A stretch of 20,576 nt of DNA from IMG/VR virus record IMGVR_UViG_642973540_000001; one strand, given 5' to 3'. Positions 1 through 8,481 of the stretch are shown piece by piece. The stretch's first letter is position 1. The number at the start of each line of letters is the position of its first letter. This DNA comes from a virus. Taxonomy: Duplodnaviria > Heunggongvirae > Uroviricota > Caudoviricetes. The translations under genes were made by a program, and so were the position numbers. The notes below the pieces were generated by a model that saw only the letters and a list, made by a program, of their open reading frames with translations, made no database searches and was not told where the DNA came from.

Positions 1-2451
1 ATGAAAATGAATTACGAACATCAGGCAGTCCAGAAGAGTTCAAATACTCTGGAGACTACTCAGGCTCAGATTATGATGACTCCTGAGATGCTTGACCTTC
101 TTTCCTCTGGTGTATATGAGTACAAAGCACGTGCAGTTGTCCGTGAATTGTCTTGTAATGCACTTGACGGTCATACATTAAAGGGTAACCCTGACCAACC
201 ATTTGATATTCATTTACCAACGACTTTCGAGCCTTATTTTGAAATCCGTGATAAAGGTGTTGGTCTGTCCCACGAAGCAATCATGAACATGTACCTTAAC
301 TATGGTGCATCAACTAAGAATGACTCTAACGATTTCATTGGTGCAATGGGTATCGGTTCTAAATCTCCATTTGCAATCTCTGACTCGTTCACCGTTCGTT
401 CTTACTTCAACGGGATGGTGACCACTTATCAGGCATACAAAGAGAACGGTATCCCTAACCTGACAAAGCTGATGGAAAAACCAATGGCTGAAGGTGAAGA
501 GACTGGTCTAGCTGTACGTGTCGCCGTCCGTCAAGAGTTGATTGATGAGTTTCGTCGTGAAGCTGCTTACGTCTTTGAAACGTTCGCTGTACGCCCTAAC
601 ATCAACATTGACATTAACTACATCGACCGTAACAGCATGGTCATGGCTGAGAAGCAGGGTGTTTACACCGCTTTCCACGGCTCAGGTAACTCTTATAGTC
701 GTCGTGGTGATAGTTTCCTGTATATCGTGATGGGTTCTATCCGTTATCCTGTTAAGCTGGATGCTGTCATGACTGAAGATGAACTGGCAGCAATCAACAG
801 CAATCCGATGATTGACTCAATCGGTAGCCTGTGGGTTTACGTTCCAATCGGCTCAGTATCTATCTCTGCAAGTCGTGAGTCTCTTCAGATGAATGAGGCA
901 ACGAAGAAGTTTATCATGGATGCTTTCAAAGACATCTCATCAGACTTCATGAACGACCTTCAGAAAAGTTTTGATGACATTGATGACTACTGGAAAGCTG
1001 GTCACCATTGGGTTAACATGAAGTCCAAACTTCGTAGCCACAGTCAGATTGCATACTTTGCTAAGAACCTGACATGGAAAGGTAAAACGATTGCACGTCT
1101 GACCGAAGAGGCTGATGCTGCACGTCTTATCCCACGTCTGGACGAGTTCGGCAATCAGATGTTTAAAAAGGATTCTTCCGGTCAGCCTTTAGAGGTTAAC
1201 GGTCAGAAAATCCCTCTGATGATGAACTACGAGGCTTATTGCTACCGCTGGAGCAACCTGACCTCAACATCGTCATGGGCGAAGCGTGAGCGTTGGTCTA
1301 AGAGCAACCTCGAAACCGACATGTCTAAAGTGTCTCCGTGGAAGACAACCAACGACTATTTTAACGGTGTCTTGTTCTTTGTCTATGACCGTATCACACG
1401 TTCAGGGACTGAGAAGACAACTGGTAAAGAACAGGTGTTACGTGGTATGGGCTTTGCTTTCCAAGAGAAGACAAAGAATAGCCTGAACTATCTGTGCATG
1501 GTAGATTCACGTGCTGAAGCTGAGATTATCTGGAACCGTCACAAAGTACCAGAAGACCAGCGTCACTTTGACATGGCTTCTAACTATGAAGACTGCTACA
1601 CCCCTGCCAAACGTCAGAAAGGTGTGGTGAAGTTGTGGGTTCACAGTTATGCGGATTACCACAAGAAGCAAAACATTGGTGACTACCGTAACGGATTTAT
1701 CAACACTGGTTACGTTAACTCTGAAGAGTTCAAGGTTGATTTGTCAGTCCTTCAGGACGATGAGAACGAACACCTGTACCTTCAGTCAAACAACAACGTG
1801 ATTGTGAACGGCATCTTCAATGGTAAGGGTGCGACTGATGTTGCCAAGTTGATTGCCCCGCTTATCACTGGTAAGGTTGTGGTGTTCAACAAGGCTAACT
1901 GGAAAAAGATTCCTGAAGATTGGGAAAACGCCAGTGATGAAAATGTTGTTCGTAAACTGATTGACAAGAATCCGCGACTGTGGAAAGCTATGAACCAATC
2001 TATGATTGAGTCAGCTATGCCAGACCGCTTCAAACGTCTTGCTGCTATGGGTGTTTGTCTGCCTAAGAGCAATGACTACTTCGGTCAGTCTATGCGTGGT
2101 CGTGTTCTGAAGTGGGAAGGTGCAAGACAGATTCTGGAACAAATTTTGAATAAGCCTTGCTATTCAGTTCCACAGATGATAGACTCTTGCTCAATCAGTC
2201 ATAGCAACATTCTTGGTTCGATTTACAAGATGCTGCCAGACTGTAAGCTGAAGACTTCTATCAAGAAAGCTCGTCAGCGAATGGAAGCGGATATTGAGAA
2301 GAACAAGAACAACCTGTTCAACTCTAAGTATAAAGTGCTGAAGTTTATTGACTTCAACCGTGTGCAACTGTTAGAATTGGCAGACGCACTTGACATCGAA
2401 TTTGACAGAACGTATGTTAATGACGATGGTGTAAGGTTCTACAACCATTAA
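1..2451 (+). CDS. rIIA: RIIA-like protein with N-terminal GHKL (Hsp90/MutL-type) ATPase domain
   Basis: 816 aa. GHKL motifs VVRELSCNALD (N box), IRDKGVGL (G1), GAMGIGSKS (G2). Directly upstream of rIIB. Confidence 0.9.
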   Translation: MKMNYEHQAVQKSSNTLETTQAQIMMTPEMLDLLSSGVYEYKARAVVRELSCNALDGHTLKGNPDQPFDIHLPTTFEPYFEIRDKGVGLSHEAIMNMYLNYGASTKNDSNDFIGAMGIGSKSPFAISDSFTVRSYFNGMVTTYQAYKENGIPNLTKLMEKPMAEGEETGLAVRVAVRQELIDEFRREAAYVFETFAVRPNINIDINYIDRNSMVMAEKQGVYTAFHGSGNSYSRRGDSFLYIVMGSIRYPVKLDAVMTEDELAAINSNPMIDSIGSLWVYVPIGSVSISASRESLQMNEATKKFIMDAFKDISSDFMNDLQKSFDDIDDYWKAGHHWVNMKSKLRSHSQIAYFAKNLTWKGKTIARLTEEADAARLIPRLDEFGNQMFKKDSSGQPLEVNGQKIPLMMNYEAYCYRWSNLTSTSSWAKRERWSKSNLETDMSKVSPWKTTNDYFNGVLFFVYDRITRSGTEKTTGKEQVLRGMGFAFQEKTKNSLNYLCMVDSRAEAEIIWNRHKVPEDQRHFDMASNYEDCYTPAKRQKGVVKLWVHSYADYHKKQNIGDYRNGFINTGYVNSEEFKVDLSVLQDDENEHLYLQSNNNVIVNGIFNGKGATDVAKLIAPLITGKVVVFNKANWKKIPEDWENASDENVVRKLIDKNPRLWKAMNQSMIESAMPDRFKRLAAMGVCLPKSNDYFGQSMRGRVLKWEGARQILEQILNKPCYSVPQMIDSCSISHSNILGSIYKMLPDCKLKTSIKKARQRMEADIEKNKNNLFNSKYKVLKFIDFNRVQLLELADALDIEFDRTYVNDDGVRFYNH

Positions 2452-2458
2452 TACAAAC

Positions 2459-2474
2459 GGGCTGGAAACAGCCC
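2459..2474 (+). other. GAAA-tetraloop hairpin between rIIA and rIIB
   Basis: GGGCTG-GAAA-CAGCCC with no U-tract, so more likely an RNA stability/processing element than a terminator. Confidence 0.55.
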
Positions 2475-2502
2475 ATCTTAAACGAAGTGAAGGAAACCGA
2501 AA

Positions 2503-3630
2503 ATGACTATGACTAAAGCTCAGATTGACGCTCAGATTTTTGCAGATGTTTCTAACGGCATGACCAAAGCAGCAGCCGCTGAGAAGTATGGTACTTCAGC
2601 CCGTTCAATCGGTCGTGCCATTGAGCGCCATGAGAAGTCTGCGGGTAAATCCCCTGTCAAAGCTCCTGTAAAGGCCGCTAAGAAGACTTCTAAGAAGTCT
2701 GGTAAGAAGGCTAAGGCAACCACTAAAACCGCCCCTAAGCGTTCTGACGTGGCTAAAGCAGCCCCTTACAAGCCAGAGGAAAAGGCTCAAGTTGAGAGCA
2801 CTGTTCTGGCAGCACTGGAAAAGGGTGACAAGGTTGAATACATCAACACTTCCTCGTCTGTTGTTCTGACTCTGAACGGTGAGTCTGAGATTGTTGAAGA
2901 GACTCATCCAAACTTCAAAGCAATCCAGATTGCAATCGTATCAGGTGACTTCAAACAAGCGTTTGCTCTGATGAACATTCGTAAGTCCATTGAGTCGTTC
3001 ACTCAGGGTGCAATCACCATCAAAGGTGAAAAACTGTTCTACGGTACTATCGAAATCCGTTCAACGATTGCACAGCGCATTCTGGAACTGATGCGTCAGG
3101 GCGATGACGGCTTTAAAACTCTGGTCAGCTTCTTCGAAAAACTGATGGAAAACCCATCACGCAACTCGGTTGAACAGCTTTGGGGCTTCATCTCTCACAA
3201 CGACATTGAGATTGACTCTGAAGGTTATATCATCGGTTGGAAGCGTGTTCGTAACAACGGCAACGGTCTGGTTGACAGCCGTACCAACAAAGTGCCTAAC
3301 AACATCGGTAACATCGTGTCAATGCCTCGTTGGATGGTTGATGCGGATAAGAACGTTACCTGTTCACAGGGTCTGCATGTTGGTGCTTGGGATTACGTCC
3401 GTTCATTCTCAGGTGATACCACCATCAAGGTTCGTGTCCATCCACGTGATGTTGTGTCTGTACCAACTGACTACAACGACCAGAAGATGCGCGCTTGCCA
3501 GTACGAAGTTGTAGGTGTGGTTGACAACTCTCGTAAAATCATTGACGTGACCAACCTGAAAGGTCTGCCAGTTGAAGAAGTCGTTGTTGGTTCTGCTGGT
3601 GAACTGATTTCTCGTAAACCACGTGTCTAA
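2503..3630 (+). CDS. rIIB: RIIB-like protein
   Basis: 375 aa. N-terminal HTH-like segment (GMTKAAAAEKYGTSARSIGR), K/A-rich linker, and C-terminal rIIB-type motifs CSQGLHVG and KVRVHPRDVVSVPTDY...KMRACQYEV. Confidence 0.9.
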   Translation: MTMTKAQIDAQIFADVSNGMTKAAAAEKYGTSARSIGRAIERHEKSAGKSPVKAPVKAAKKTSKKSGKKAKATTKTAPKRSDVAKAAPYKPEEKAQVESTVLAALEKGDKVEYINTSSSVVLTLNGESEIVEETHPNFKAIQIAIVSGDFKQAFALMNIRKSIESFTQGAITIKGEKLFYGTIEIRSTIAQRILELMRQGDDGFKTLVSFFEKLMENPSRNSVEQLWGFISHNDIEIDSEGYIIGWKRVRNNGNGLVDSRTNKVPNNIGNIVSMPRWMVDADKNVTCSQGLHVGAWDYVRSFSGDTTIKVRVHPRDVVSVPTDYNDQKMRACQYEVVGVVDNSRKIIDVTNLKGLPVEEVVVGSAGELISRKPRV

Positions 3631-3637
3631 ATGAATT

Positions 3638-3651
3638 GGGGCGAAAGCCCC
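3638..3651 (+). terminator. Hairpin or weak terminator after rIIB
   Basis: GGGGC-GAAA-GCCCC followed by TCTTCT (poor U-tract). Confidence 0.45.
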
Positions 3652-3671
3652 TCTTCTAAGAGGAATAAGAG

Positions 3672-3914
3672 ATGTATTACGTGATTCTGGTTCTGGCATA
3701 CGTTGCCGCTATCCTGACTTGGCCTGTAGCAATCGTCAAGTTCCTTTACGAAATCTTCAAACTTGACTTACCTTTCTGGTCGTCATTGATTTCGAATGGT
3801 CTTGGTGGTGTCGTTGCCTTCATCATCTCAGTGGTTGTGATTGTCTTTGTAGGACGATTGCAATTTGAGAAATCATCAAAGAAACTCTTGTCACGGACTA
3901 ACCGTTGGCATTAA
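3672..3914 (+). CDS. Small membrane protein, two hydrophobic segments
   Basis: 80 aa, AGGA RBS, hydrophobic YYVILVLAYVAAILTWPVAIV and LGGVVAFIISVVVIVFV. Confidence 0.75.
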   Translation: MYYVILVLAYVAAILTWPVAIVKFLYEIFKLDLPFWSSLISNGLGGVVAFIISVVVIVFVGRLQFEKSSKKLLSRTNRWH

Positions 3915-3920
3915 ACTAAG

Positions 3921-3942
3921 GGACTCTTCGGAGTCCTTTTTT
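3921..3942 (+). terminator. Intrinsic terminator (UUCG family, copy 1)
   Basis: GGACTC-TTCG-GAGTCC-TTTTTT. Confidence 0.9.
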
Positions 3943-3955
3943 ATTTGGAGAAACC

Positions 3956-4519
3956 ATGATTGAATTCAGAGAGGGTAAACCCAAAGCAATGGGGTTGTAC
4001 CTTTGTAAAGTGAACCCTGAACCGATAACACTACCAGCAGCAGATAACAAGATTCTGTTCTTTCAGGATGACATCTGGTGGTTACCACGTTCAGATTGCC
4101 GCTACAGAGACCACGTTTATTTGTGGGCTGGCCCGATTCAAACACTAAAGCTGGAAGAGACTATTCAGGAGACATCTGTTCACAACTTCTATCACCTGAA
4201 TAAAAAGATTCCTGATGGTTATGTCTACATCGGTAGGGCTGGACAGGGTTTGAAAGAACACCCCCTACACAACCCGTTCAAGATAACTGACAAGTGTGAC
4301 CGTGATACGGTTATCAGGAAGTATGAGAATTACCTGTGGCGTGGGATGAATGATGGGACGATAGACCCTGCTTTGATTCTTTCGCTTGACGGTAAGAAAC
4401 TGGTCTGCTACTGTTCACCTCATAAGTGCCACGGTGATGTGATAGTACAAGCTATCAAGTGGTTAAAAACTGGCGACAACTTCAAAAAGATGAAGGAGAA
4501 GTATGATGCGAATAAATAA
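3956..4519 (+). CDS. Protein with C-terminal DUF4326-like domain
   Basis: 187 aa, GGAG RBS. YIGR...NPF...R..VI.KY...L.GKKLVCYCSPHKCHGDVI matches the DUF4326 pattern as recalled. Confidence 0.7.
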   Translation: MIEFREGKPKAMGLYLCKVNPEPITLPAADNKILFFQDDIWWLPRSDCRYRDHVYLWAGPIQTLKLEETIQETSVHNFYHLNKKIPDGYVYIGRAGQGLKEHPLHNPFKITDKCDRDTVIRKYENYLWRGMNDGTIDPALILSLDGKKLVCYCSPHKCHGDVIVQAIKWLKTGDNFKKMKEKYDANK

Positions 4520-4697
4520 AGATGAAGCAGTCCTGAACAGTGACGGTGAAGTTAAATCATTCACCCTGATTGTCGGTGGCAATGACTTCTTTTGCTCATG
4601 CGGTTGCAACTGTTTCCACAAACCTGACAAGACTGACTTGACAGTTTATGCTTGCAATGGTTGCGGTAAGAAATACAAGAATGCCAGTAAACGGTAG
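4503..4697 (+). CDS. Small Cys-rich, probable zinc-ribbon protein
   Basis: 64 aa, CSCGC...CNGCG, GGAG RBS, overlaps the upstream ORF end. Confidence 0.65.
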   Translation: MMRINKDEAVLNSDGEVKSFTLIVGGNDFFCSCGCNCFHKPDKTDLTVYACNGCGKKYKNASKR

Positions 4698-4723
4698 ACG
4701 AGCACTGTTATCTGTGGTAGCAT
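4695..4723 (+). promoter_or_regulatory. Sigma70-like promoter
   Basis: TAGACG-N17-TAGCAT with extended -10 TG. Confidence 0.5.
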
Positions 4724-4759
4724 GTGTCTTCGTTTAACTATAAACAGGCAAGAAAGAGA

Positions 4760-5272
4760 ATGCTGAAACAATTTATCCTTGTTGGGGCGCTCTGTATTAC
4801 ACCGTTTGGAGTTAAAGCAGTAGACTGTCCTGAGTTCTCTCAGGGTCAGGTTGCAGTTTTAAAAAAGGCTCACGCCTATGGTTCACATAACATGGGTGGT
4901 AATTGGGGAGTGGTCTTAGCGGCCATTTCCTATCAAGAATCCAGTGCTGGCGATAAGGTTGTCAACCACAAAGGTTCTTATGGTGTTTTCCAGAATAAGC
5001 TCACAACGGTAACTAACCGAACTGGTGAAAGACCAGCAGTTGCCAAAAAGAAACTTATTCGTAGTTTTGATTATTCGGCTGAACAGGCTAAGAATGAACT
5101 TGACTACTGGAACGAGAGATATTACCTTAAAACAGGACAACCAAACAATCTTACACGTGTCCTTGCTTCATACAATGCAGGTTATAATGTTTCCGCTGGC
5201 AAAGGCTATGCAAAACAGGTTAAGCAGAAGATGAAGATTGTAGAGCACTGTATCATCAATAAAGAGGGTTAA
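4760..5272 (+). CDS. Exported lytic transglycosylase (SLT/lysozyme-like fold)
   Basis: Motifs AAISYQESS (catalytic E), YGVFQ (GxxQ) and LASYNAG. Start moved from 4724 to in-frame ATG 4760, which gives signal peptide MLKQFILVGALCITPFGVKA and lies downstream of the 4695-4723 promoter. Confidence 0.7.
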   Translation: MLKQFILVGALCITPFGVKAVDCPEFSQGQVAVLKKAHAYGSHNMGGNWGVVLAAISYQESSAGDKVVNHKGSYGVFQNKLTTVTNRTGERPAVAKKKLIRSFDYSAEQAKNELDYWNERYYLKTGQPNNLTRVLASYNAGYNVSAGKGYAKQVKQKMKIVEHCIINKEG

Positions 5273-5273
5273 C

Positions 5274-5924
5274 ATGAACGAACATTCTTGCAAAGTGGCT
5301 GTACGTGGGCGTCTTGATACGACTTACAATGCTGCTATCTGTGATATTCACCACAACAACGTATCTGGTAAAGTCAGAATCTGGCGAGAGGGTGAAGCTC
5401 CAGAGTTGTCAGAAGAAGTCTTTATGAACAGCTTGGCAGTGCTGCCTGAAAAGATGCCAGAAGGTTACGATAAGAAACCTAAAGCAATTGTTGTTGATAT
5501 TGACGGTGTGATTACACACTTTGATAAAGACGGCACTCTGCTTATTTCTGGTGAACGGGAACCACATTGGCAGAATCACATGACCATTGCAGAAATGGCT
5601 ATGGAACAGGAAATCATCGTAGACCTTGTTAAGGGTCGTGTAGAGAAAGGGGCAACCCTTATTTTCCTGACTGCACGTGGTGAGTCACAGCGTGTCTCTT
5701 CAACGATAACGCTGAACAACATCTTCAACCCGTACAAGTATCATCTTTTTATGCGTGGCCTGTTTGATAACCTGACACCTGCACATATTCTGAAACGTGA
5801 CATCCTGCACACCTGCATCATGCCTTACTATGATGTTGAGTTGTTCATTGATGATACCGTATTGAATATCCAGCAGATTAATCAGGATTTCCCTCAGATT
5901 AAAACAATGCTGTATCATTCGTAA
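5274..5924 (+). CDS. HAD-family phosphatase resembling the 3'-phosphatase domain of T4 PseT/Pnk
   Basis: Motifs IVVDIDG, IFLTAR, K and LFIDD. No P-loop kinase motif seen. Confidence 0.8.
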   Translation: MNEHSCKVAVRGRLDTTYNAAICDIHHNNVSGKVRIWREGEAPELSEEVFMNSLAVLPEKMPEGYDKKPKAIVVDIDGVITHFDKDGTLLISGEREPHWQNHMTIAEMAMEQEIIVDLVKGRVEKGATLIFLTARGESQRVSSTITLNNIFNPYKYHLFMRGLFDNLTPAHILKRDILHTCIMPYYDVELFIDDTVLNIQQINQDFPQIKTMLYHS

Positions 5925-5932
5925 AAAAGTAG

Positions 5933-5962
5933 TTGACGCCACTCTATCAAGGGTGGCATAAT
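5933..5962 (+). promoter_or_regulatory. Sigma70-like promoter with inverted repeat in the spacer
   Basis: A-tract, then TTGACG-N18-CATAAT with extended -10 TG. GCCACTCT (5938-5945) pairs with AGGGTGGC (5950-5957), one G-T pair. Confidence 0.8.
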
Positions 5963-6006
5963 CTCTCCTGTCAAGACGACAAACAACTAACTAAAGAGGT
6001 TACACC

Positions 6007-6474
6007 ATGATTCAGGAAACTATCGTAGTAAACATCAATGACCTGTCAAGCAAAGTTGCTTACGTTGCTGATGTTGTCAAGGCTCAGTTCACAGGTCGCA
6101 TTTTCCGTGCTGTAAACGTGAAAAAAGATGGTGCGCTTCGTGAGTACCGTGCTCTGACTGGCGTTTCCAAGCATGTAAAAGGTGCTGGTTCAACAACCGC
6201 ACACAAACCTGAACTGCTGACCATCTACGATATGGGTCTGGCTTCAACTCTCGGTGCAGAGGGTATTCAGGCTGCTGGCGCTCCTTACCGTTCCTTCAAC
6301 ATGGAGACTACTCTGATGTTGGAATTCGTCAAGGGTGACAAGAAGACTACCTACGTCTTCATTGATGAAGCAACCAAATCAGAAATTGCTGATGCGAAAA
6401 TTAAAGCTGCTGTAGACGCAAGCTCAAGCATCACCAATCAATCTGTTGCTATCCTGCTTGGCGCTCTGAAATGA
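6007..6474 (+). CDS. Hypothetical protein, possible WYL-like (Sm/SH3) fold
   Basis: 155 aa, GAGG RBS, own promoter. KKDGALRE...IYD...YRSF pattern. ORF is well supported; the fold call is tentative. Confidence 0.75.
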   Translation: MIQETIVVNINDLSSKVAYVADVVKAQFTGRIFRAVNVKKDGALREYRALTGVSKHVKGAGSTTAHKPELLTIYDMGLASTLGAEGIQAAGAPYRSFNMETTLMLEFVKGDKKTTYVFIDEATKSEIADAKIKAAVDASSSITNQSVAILLGALK

Positions 6475-6668
6475 GTGACCTCTTAGCGCGGTTTGATGAT
6501 TTACTCTCTCATCTGAACTCTGAAGAAAATGGTATGGCTTTAGAGTTTCGTGAAGAGTTGGTGAAAGCATCTCACAAGCTGGAAAAATTAGAAGCACTTG
6601 AGAATTACGGTGTGGATAATTGGGAAGGTTACGGAGAAGCAGTCTCCAGTATTTCCGACGACGAATAA
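6471..6668 (+). CDS. Small acidic phage protein (GVDNWEGY motif)
   Basis: 65 aa, ATGA overlap with the upstream stop. Confidence 0.75.
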   Translation: MSDLLARFDDLLSHLNSEENGMALEFREELVKASHKLEKLEALENYGVDNWEGYGEAVSSISDDE

Positions 6669-6674
6669 ATCAAG

Positions 6675-6695
6675 GGACTCTTCGGAGTCCTTTTT
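6675..6695 (+). terminator. Intrinsic terminator (UUCG family, copy 2)
   Basis: GGACTC-TTCG-GAGTCC-TTTTT. Confidence 0.9.
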
Positions 6696-6710
6696 ATTAG
6701 AGGCTTGAAC

Positions 6711-7004
6711 ATGAAGTGTGAAATCATTTTTCCAATCCTTGAAGTGACAACGGGTGTTACAGTTTCTGAAGAGGCTGATAACGATGAGTTGGCAGACTTC
6801 ATCATCAAAGAGTTTGCAACACGTTACCGTATCAAACCTTCTCAGGTTAAGCTGCAAGCATTATTTGACATCAACGATGATAATCTGGTAGCATGGATTT
6901 CCCATCGTCGTTTTGACTTGGCTCACGGCCTGATTCACATGAACGGTAAGCCCGTTACTGAATTCTGGTTCCGTGCTTACAAGGATAAGAAAGGTACTGC
7001 ATAA
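6711..7004 (+). CDS. Hypothetical protein
   Basis: ATG 6711 preferred over TTG 6705 because AGAGG lies 7 nt upstream. Confidence 0.7.
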   Translation: MKCEIIFPILEVTTGVTVSEEADNDELADFIIKEFATRYRIKPSQVKLQALFDINDDNLVAWISHRRFDLAHGLIHMNGKPVTEFWFRAYKDKKGTA

Positions 7005-7369
7005 TGCTACGTCTGGTAGTCTATAAAGACACTCCGAATGCTTTACAGTCAGAAGTTTACAAGTATCTGGAACGTGATAAGTTCGGCTACCTGAACTGCA
7101 ATGACCACAATGTGAGGCACTACTTTGGTGAAGAATTCCCAAGACTTGATGTCCATGATTTCTATAAAGGGATTATCAAGACTGCTGTTTATCGCGGTGA
7201 TAACATCATCTTCGTGAACAATGCAATCTCTGCTAAGGACTTGGGAAGACTTGAACATGCCATTTATCACTTGACAGGTAAACGTGGTGTAGGGCATCAT
7301 ATCAATGTGCTGGAGTTACTTGCTCCGGTGAGTTCTCAACTGAATAAATTTTTAATGAAAAGGGTTTAA
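7004..7369 (+). CDS. Hypothetical protein
   Basis: 121 aa, TAATG coupling to the upstream ORF. Confidence 0.75.
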   Translation: MLRLVVYKDTPNALQSEVYKYLERDKFGYLNCNDHNVRHYFGEEFPRLDVHDFYKGIIKTAVYRGDNIIFVNNAISAKDLGRLEHAIYHLTGKRGVGHHINVLELLAPVSSQLNKFLMKRV

Positions 7370-7370
7370 C

Positions 7371-7937
7371 ATGAACAAGACTGCTTGCATGATTGCTGGA
7401 AAGAGTACAACTGTTGTGATGAGTGAAGAGCATGTTTCATTCTCAACTCACCATCGCTTCTCAGCTTTTCCGTATACATCTGATGATGTGGAGAAAGCGA
7501 TAATCCATCTGGCAGCAAACCATCAAGACCACATCGTGTCTTCTCAGATGGACAATGGACTTATCCAGATTCTGAAAGAAGAGTTTGGTAAGTTGCACGG
7601 TCTGGTCAGTGACCTGAACCTTGTACAGCTTCACATGGACAATGGCGTGACCATCAGTCAATTCTATCACCGTGACTTTGATGACGCTGTTACGGCTGAA
7701 GAGATTCGTTACGGTCGTGACGATAAAGGCGGATTGGTAGAGCATAAACTGCCTGTGATTATTGCTGATACAACTCGCCGTGAGTGGTGGGTAAGTCACA
7801 AAGAGATTGGTGAGGTTATTGAAACCATCAACAAGTTTGTCGTCTTTGAACCGTGGAAGTCACATGACTTGTTACTGTCCCTTATGACGGCTCAAAAGCA
7901 GTCACGTGAACGGAAACGGGACTTACCAAACTTCTAA
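7371..7937 (+). CDS. Hypothetical protein
   Basis: 188 aa, tight packing, followed by a terminator. Confidence 0.75.
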   Translation: MNKTACMIAGKSTTVVMSEEHVSFSTHHRFSAFPYTSDDVEKAIIHLAANHQDHIVSSQMDNGLIQILKEEFGKLHGLVSDLNLVQLHMDNGVTISQFYHRDFDDAVTAEEIRYGRDDKGGLVEHKLPVIIADTTRREWWVSHKEIGEVIETINKFVVFEPWKSHDLLLSLMTAQKQSRERKRDLPNF

Positions 7938-7943
7938 ACAAAT

Positions 7944-7963
7944 GGACTCTTCGGAGTCCTTTT
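7944..7963 (+). terminator. Intrinsic terminator (UUCG family, copy 3)
   Basis: GGACTC-TTCG-GAGTCC-TTTT. Confidence 0.8.
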
Positions 7964-7978
7964 CTCGTAGAGGGCTAA

Positions 7979-8335
7979 ATGAAAAACTATGTCTTAATCG
8001 CTTTACTGGTCGTGGCCTTTTTAGCAGGTTATAAGGCTTCTAACTGGCATCAATCATCTCTTGAGTTAGTGGCACAGAAAGCCGCAACAAAGGCAGGTGG
8101 AGAGTTCCAGAGTGACCAGAAACAGATTGCCTCTAACGTCATCGCATCACTTGATGACTGGAAGCAAAACAACCAATCCTTTAATGAGAGGGTAACACAT
8201 GAAAAGATTATTCAGCCTGTGTTTCTTAACAAGTGTGTTAGTGATGACTACCGCATCATGTTCAACGAAGCCACAGCCAACTTTGCAGCAAAAGCCAGTG
8301 GTGCAAGCAAATCTTCTTCAAAAGCAGGAAACTGA
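7979..8335 (+). CDS. Rz: Inner-membrane spanin (Rz-like)
   Basis: 118 aa, single N-terminal TM (YVLIALLVVAFLAGY), helical periplasmic part, overlapped by a lipoprotein gene in the +1 frame. Confidence 0.8.
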   Translation: MKNYVLIALLVVAFLAGYKASNWHQSSLELVAQKAATKAGGEFQSDQKQIASNVIASLDDWKQNNQSFNERVTHEKIIQPVFLNKCVSDDYRIMFNEATANFAAKASGASKSSSKAGN

Positions 8336-8474
8336 CGGTACGAAGTTGAAACAGCTTGACGGGACAGACGGACTTGCAGTAACATCAAGTCTTGAATATT
8401 GGCGTGACAAGTATTTCACTTGCGCGGTTCCTTATAATGGGTTGATTGATGTCATCCTGAAACAACAAAACTGA
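8199..8474 (+). CDS. Rz1: Outer-membrane spanin lipoprotein (Rz1-like)
   Basis: 91 aa, signal MKRLFSLCFLTSVLVMTTAS-C with lipobox-like TASC, Pro/Gln-rich linker, overlaps the last 137 nt of the i-spanin. Confidence 0.8.
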   Translation: MKRLFSLCFLTSVLVMTTASCSTKPQPTLQQKPVVQANLLQKQETDGTKLKQLDGTDGLAVTSSLEYWRDKYFTCAVPYNGLIDVILKQQN

Positions 8475-8481
8475 GGTTCAC

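Noticed and set aside
71-3699. Antisense and alternate-frame ORFs inside rIIA and rIIB (e.g. 1782-2072, 2605-2907, 3170-3514)
   Set aside because: Largely or fully nested in long, motif-bearing genes, with no recognisable motifs. The same applies to nested ORFs elsewhere in the track, apart from the spanin overlap.
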